A stretch of DNA of 64,000 nucleotides from the human T2T-CHM13v2.0 reference genome, Homo sapiens, in NCBI RefSeq assembly GCF_009914755.1, contig NC_060929.1, one strand, 5' to 3'. The position numbers were made by a program, and so were the translations under genes. The notes under the pieces were generated by a model. It was not told the DNA's origin. It searched no databases and saw only the letters and a program-made list of their open reading frames with translations. Positions 57,828-64,000 of this stretch are shown piece by piece (positions within the stretch are counted from its first letter, which is position 1; each line of letters opens with the position of its first letter).

Positions 57828-57864
57828 CTGAGCAAATGGAGTCACAATCAAGTCATCTCCGTGT
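57828..57864 (-). CDS. PDE4D: PDE4D long-isoform coding exon (UCR1 C-terminal part), 37 nt
   Basis: Minus strand ggtttatttttcag|A CAC GGA GAT GAC TTG ATT GTG ACT CCA TTT GCT CAG|gtaagc = HGDDLIVTPFAQ, the PDE4 UCR1 motif; phase 2 in, phase 0 out. Confidence 0.98.
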
Positions 57865-59182
57865 CTGAAAAATAAACCAAATCCCACATTAGAAATCATC
57901 AATAACTCTGTGCTCAGTGTCGTTCAATATTAAACGGCAAGTTCCACTTTCATGAGTTCCCATAGAGAATTACAGTGATTCCATCCTTATACTTCAGCAC
58001 ATGTTCTTCCCAGCAACTGGGTTAAAAATATGTCTTCTGGGATGTTAACAATTGTCCAACTCCCTGGGTAAAAAGAGGGGCTTCTTGATCATCAGCCAGG
58101 GTCACTGTTGCTTTTTAGGCACACAGGATATGCAATAGTAGAAATGGTGTTCCAGCAGTGGGGCCTGAGTTTTACTTTTGGCCTCTTACTGTAGATATTA
58201 GTAAGGGGTGCTGTGGAAGGAACCAGCAATGCAGTGACTTCAGTGAGAGAACCCTTGACCATCTAATATTTGAAGGTGATTAGCATGGAGTGTTCCACAT
58301 CATCCCGTGTAAGTCTTGGACAGGCTAGGAACTGTAGATGACATGGGACTGCATCATACACTAATAAAAACCCAGTGAAATGTTCAACTGACTCATCCCA
58401 GCCACTGTAGTCACTGGGAAATGTTACTCCTTGTGTGCTGTTGCTGCAGCAACCCCAGCTACACCGTGCCTGGGGTATGGGAGCAAGGTGTCAGCATGAC
58501 GTGTCTTGGAGGGACAGGGAAGGGCAAGGAAAGTTGTGCAACATTCCAGTTAGAGGAAAGTGAGAAACTGGGGCCCAGGGTTCTTTTGTGGTATTTCTTA
58601 GCATGAATAATTTGAGACAAGGATTTCCAGAGTCACCATCAGCTATTTCTTGATCTAGCTAGATAAAATTCTTAAATCAAAAGTGAATGCTGTTATTCAA
58701 CACAGACAGCTCCCTGGACATGGCCCTGAGAACAGTGCAAATAAACTTTTCGCTCACTCATGAACAATCTGAAAACAACCTGAGTGACCCAAAACAACAC
58801 CCATGAAACATGCTGGGGCACAGGGAGCATATGGATGATGTTACTCAATAAATTGTTACCAATAGCTAGAATAGGTGCTGTGGTCGTCATCAAACCATGT
58901 GGAGATCTTGAAAATAAAAATGTGGGAAATAAAAGCAGAAGAAGGAAAAAACAATGTAAAGGAAGCATGTGTTATTTTACACCCCCTTAGTTCCAGAATC
59001 ATGTTTTTCAAGGGGCACCTGCTCTTTGTAGAGATTATTCATAGAACTCTAGAACTCTAAGAAGGTAGGACATTGGGTTTTATGATCATTTTATAGAAGA
59101 GGCAACTGAGGTTCAGAGAGGGCATAAGGTCTAAAAACTAATAAGTGGTAGAGGCAGGATGTCAATTGAAAAAGGTATTTTC

Positions 59183-59548
59183 CCATGTTGATGTTTAATT
59201 GCCATTGCAACAGTATTAAGAGGTGGGGGCCTGTGAGAAGTAATTAGGTCAGGAGGGCTTCACACTCATGAATGAATTAATGCTGTTATGGTGGGAGGGG
59301 GTTAGTTATCATAAGAGTGGGTTGTTATAAAGTGAGCCCAGCCCCTCATGTTTTCTCTTTTGCATGTGCTCACTTGCCCTTCCATTTTTCCATTGTTTGG
59401 GATGATGCATCCCAAATATCCTAATCAGATGCTGATGCCATGTCCTTGAACTACCCAGCCTCTAGAACTGTAAGATATAAACTTCTTTTCTATATAAATT
59501 ACCCTGTCTATGCTATTCTGTTATAGCAACAGAAACTGGACTAAGATA
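59183..59548 (+). mobile_element. MST-type MaLR LTR
   Basis: attaggtcaggagggc...gaactacccagcctctagaactgtaag...tattctgttatagcaacagaaactggactaaga. Confidence 0.85.
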
Positions 59549-59919
59549 GTGTTCTTCTGTCATCAATAAATAATTTACATAATTTACCTTGACTCTCAAA
59601 AAAAAAAGGTCTTCTGAGGTCAAGCCCAGAAAGGCTCTTTCCTAGAACAATGGCCCAGGGTAGGAGCAGGCCTGGTGCACTGAAGTGGCAAGGAGGCCAT
59701 TGAGCCCATGGGAGCCAGCAGAGAGGGATGAAGCCAAGGAGGCAGAGCAGCTGCCTAGATGAGAAAGAAGCAGATACAGAGCTGCAACGAGAAGCTCGGT
59801 GATTCTAGAGAATGCCATGGAAGGCAGGAAATTCAGAATCATGGGTGGTAACGAGCCAGGCAGCAGATCACAGAGCCCTTGTATGAAATGTACAAGAACT
59901 TGGATTTCACTCTCTGATG

Positions 59920-60130
59920 GAAGTTTGGGTTGGAATTTCAGCTCTGCCACATACTAGGTGTGTGAAATTGTGCAAGTTATTAAACTTCACTTTCCCTTGG
60001 CCTCTTCATCTGTAAAATGGAGATAATAGCACATACATAGAGTGATGTTTTGGGATTCAATAAATTAATAATGTTAAGTGCTGAAAAATGTGCTTACCAC
60101 ACAGTAAATGTTCAATAAACATTTCTATAA
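59920..60130 (+). mobile_element. MIR
   Basis: cagctctgccacatactag...ttcatctgtaaaatggagataatag. Confidence 0.78.
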
Positions 60131-62637
60131 TAATAATTAGCAGCAGTAGTAAAACCTTTTAAATCATAATGATTTTTGCTTTCCTATGCAGTCAGGAAAT
60201 TGCAAAGACTCAGAAAACTGATACTTCGCTAAGAAGGACTCTTGAGACCCTGTGACAGGTCTATAAAAGATTGAGGGCTTTAAAGGGGCAAAAATGGAAG
60301 CAGGGAGACCAGTGTAGAGAAAAGAAGAGATGAGGACCTAAACTAAATCAGTGGTAGTTGAGAGAGAGAGAGAGAGGGACGATGACAGCATTAAAAGCTC
60401 TGGGGGAAAGAAAAAGTTCTGGGGAAAAAAAGATATGAAAATTTCAAGCATTTACAAAAGTAAAAAGAATGTTATCACAGCAAGTGTATTTTATATACAA
60501 TCATCAGCTGTTACAACAATGTTGCAAGGTAGGTGACATTACTCCCATTTTTCAGATGAGAAAATTGTAGCTCAAATTGATTAAGAGATTTAACACAAAG
60601 ACACGCAGGTAGTAAGCTGCACAGCCATACCTGGAATGGTCCCCTTTTGTGATATGCATTGGCTGATTCCTATGGAACAGCTTAAAAAGATTAAAAATAA
60701 AGCTCTAGGAAAATGGCCCAATAAATGCAAATTACAAAGTGATGCCAGGGTTGGCCAGCTACATTTCTTCCTTGGCCCATCATTCTGACTTTCCCTTCTG
60801 GCTGTGTCATATAGGTAAATATAGGGCTGCAATTTCTCTTATGTACTTATTTTGAAACAGTAGCCTAACTCTCACAAAACAACTGAGAAATATTTACAGA
60901 TACACCAGTGTTTAAAAAGCATGAAGACAAAATCCAGAGCTAAACACTTCAGCATTTGACAAATTTCTACACACATAAAGGCACCTTTAGAGTTCATTTG
61001 AAGCCAAACATTCTTGGGAGTGGTGGACAAATCAGTAAACTGTGTAGTGTGTTAGAAGTCCGAAGACAAAAAACATTTTCAATAGGTGTATATACTACAT
61101 ATATTGCATTCAAGATAGTTCAATGGTTTCTGACATTAAAAAATGTTATTAAAAATTCCATAATGGGAGGTATATTACACAAGGAGAAAAGACATGCCAC
61201 CTATGCCGACTTGATTTGCCAGTCTGATAAACTATTCATCTGCTTCAGTGCATGGCCAAGCTGAAGACATTGTATTGTAAAATGGATGAGAGGCAGTTCA
61301 GATAACCAAAATTAAAATAATATGACATCTTCTTATTGTCCCAAGCTATAGTCTCTTCTTTCATTTTATTCTTTATAATTGACCTACTATAAAGTTTATT
61401 TTTTTCAGGACTAAGTCATCTTGACAAGGCACATCATCAATCTGAAATGAATCCATGGAAATATGTCTCCTAATTTTTTATATAGATTACAGTGGATTTG
61501 AATCTTTCAAAACTCAAAAGGGTTGCATATTTATTAAAACATTTAATTTTCTCTTTGGTTGTATCTCCTTTATAAGTATTATAAGTAATACACTTTACAA
61601 TATTTATGATAATTTACCAGCCTTTTTTCCCTATGAAAGCATAAAGACAGTTATCATTTTAGTGAAGGAAATATATTACTTTTTAATAAATTGCCCAGAA
61701 ATTGTTTCTGCCAAATATCTCAAGATGGTCTCATTTTAGTAACAGTAAAATGATACCTAGCATTTCAGTGGCAGATGTCCTCGATAAACGGCAGGTTATA
61801 GCCTATCCATTTATTTTCAAAAGTATGTCATGCTTAAATTATCTTTGAATATATACCTAACATATAATTTTAAAATCTTTGTCTAAGTCCTCAACTCAAT
61901 ATTAAAACAGATCTTTTCAGACATACTGTCACTAGGAGAATAAGGCAAGTAAAACATATTTTTATTTGTGGTTAGAAGAAAATAAATATAATACAAACAT
62001 ATCTTTGAATTGTGTCTTACACTTTGCTTATAATCATTTAAAAACAGATCTGGTAGTTAAGATCAACAGAAGATTCACTTTGTGAATATGATTTGGTTTA
62101 AAGTATGTGTGGGTTTTAATGAACTGAATAATCACATATGCTCAAAAAAATCCTATGAAATAAAATAATTCTGAAATCTTGCACCTGAACAACTTTACCC
62201 ACAGAAGCTTTTTAAAGCGCCTTGCCACGTAAAGTGGGGCTGGGAGGGATTACAATACAATGTAATAAATTGGGGCTTCCTAGGCCTACTTGGCTAAATA
62301 TTTTTCTGAGTCTCTTCTGAGATGGGAAGAGACTATTAGGGTCTCTATAAAGTGACTGAAAAGCTAGATTCAAAGTCACACAGTGAATATCGCCTGGACA
62401 TTTTGAAATTGTACCTCCTGGTAATGTGAATTTTGGGTGAGGATGATGCAATACTGTCTTTCATTTAAATAAAAACAATTATAACAACAACAACCCTTAA
62501 CAAAAAACAGCTGTGATCTGTTTTAAGGAAAATACAGCTCTTTTAAAAAAAAGAACTGGAGTGTTCATGGAGGACAGGCGGAGAATGAATGAGGGATAGG
62601 AAGGCTCAGAAAAAAAGTCATTTTGACACTGCGTGTC

Positions 62638-62700
62638 TATATGTATGTATGTATGCACACATGTATACATGTATGTATGTATGCACATATGTATGTATGT
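62638..62700. repeat. (TATG/CA)n simple repeat
   Basis: Direct reading. Confidence 0.9.
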
Positions 62701-63584
62701 GAGAGATGAGATTGGTACCAAGGTAACAGTCACAGCAGAATGCAAGTGCAGAAACTTCTAGAACAGCCAGGATGAGCCACTGTAGGTCACTGTGGGAGTC
62801 AGTGTCACATTGGTTTTAAATTTCATGATGTCCAAGGAGGTGCCACATGCTCTGTCACCTTCCCTGGTTACCAGGAAGTGAACCAGAGTCATCTTCACTA
62901 GTCCTGGCGAGCCTTGTCTCTCCCAAAGAGAAAGACTTGCTGAGTCCTGAGCCAGCGCTGTTGAAAGCAGGAGAATACAGGGCTCAACAGTATACTATTG
63001 TCTTTTTTTTTCTCACAAGAGAAATGACAGTAGAGTCAGGAACTTCTATTCTCTATTCCCCCTCCCATCCTTCTTCTACTTCTGTATTATTTATCACGTT
63101 ATTTTCTACCCTTTTTCTTTCTGTAATAAGGAAACAGAAACAAGCAAGAAACTAAAAGCAAGAAATCCAAATGCCCACACTCTTATGGTGACTTTGTTGA
63201 GATCCATATATGGTTCAAGTACTTAAAAATGAAAAAGCCTGTTGTCATCTTAAAAAAATAAGTTCAACCAACATCAGCACCTGAAAATATAATTTCCTAT
63301 AGAAGTTCATTTCATGATTGGTTGAAATCTTAAACACACTAGGTGGCAATCTTTATCTGTTTTACTATTACGAAATCATAAGGAAAAGGAGATACAGTTA
63401 ATTAGAAGAAAGTTTTTACTTTATGGAGCAAAGACCCCTAATCCTACTATATTTAAAGCATTAGTGGCCATGTAAGACCCACTGCTTTTGAATATCACAC
63501 ATTGCAAATTTTAGCATGACAAATGAATGCATGAACTAGCACTGTGAAGGAGTCACAGGCTGGGGCTTACGTTTGAATCTAATC

Positions 63585-63718
63585 CTTTTTTTTTTTTTTC
63601 AATGGCATGGAGGTTTGCTATGTTGCCCAGACTGGCCTTGAACTCCTGGGCTGAAGTGATCTTCCTGTCTCAGTCTATGGGGTGCCTAGGATTACAGGTG
63701 TGCACCACCGCGCTGGCC
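63585..63718 (-). mobile_element. FLAM-type Alu monomer
   Basis: Poly-T plus a single diverged monomer. Confidence 0.8.
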
Positions 63719-64000
63719 GAATGGAATCTTGTGCAAACTTTTTTCATCTTCTGTGCTTCACTCACTCTTACTAGAAAGATATTCTCCTCTGAAGTTTGTC
63801 AATAGGATTAGGAAATTGATAAACATATAGAAAATTAAAATAATATTTTTGAAATATATTTTAAAGTCCAAGATTTTGATAATTTTGAAATCTTAGTATC
63901 TTTCTTTCCTCAGCCTAAAAACTATCATCCATCTATCAATTCACCCTTGACAACTTCTTTTAGAATTATAGAGAAACAAGTATGTTCTAATTTTAAAATG

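Overview
AT-rich primate DNA, almost certainly human, lying entirely inside the PDE4D gene (cAMP-specific phosphodiesterase 4D; chr5q11.2-q12.1 from recall), which is transcribed on the minus strand. Three small constitutive long-isoform exons are visible with canonical GT-AG sites and matching phases: 37 nt HGDDLIVTPFAQ (57828-57864), 74 nt [25 protein letters not shown] (49513-49586) and 50 nt RSPMCNQPSINKATIT (44928-44977). An in-phase truncating alternative exon (GSWMELNPYTLLDM*, 21765-21808) lies in the long downstream intron. The rest is intron filled with about 24 Alu/FLAM copies, MER4A1/MLT/MST LTRs, hAT MITEs, MIR/L2/L1M/CR1 fossils and simple repeats, plus a strong CTCF motif at ~52.9 kb. 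No prokaryote-type system is present, and most ORF-track entries are Alu-derived or chance. I found no clearly new biological system. The best leads are a non-Alu 129-bp, 90%-identical inverted repeat (42117-43301), several in-phase truncation or alternative-exon routes off the 50-nt exon donor, and an exact 29-bp direct repeat bracketing the 37-nt exon. Repeat subfamily names and boundaries are by eye and approximate.
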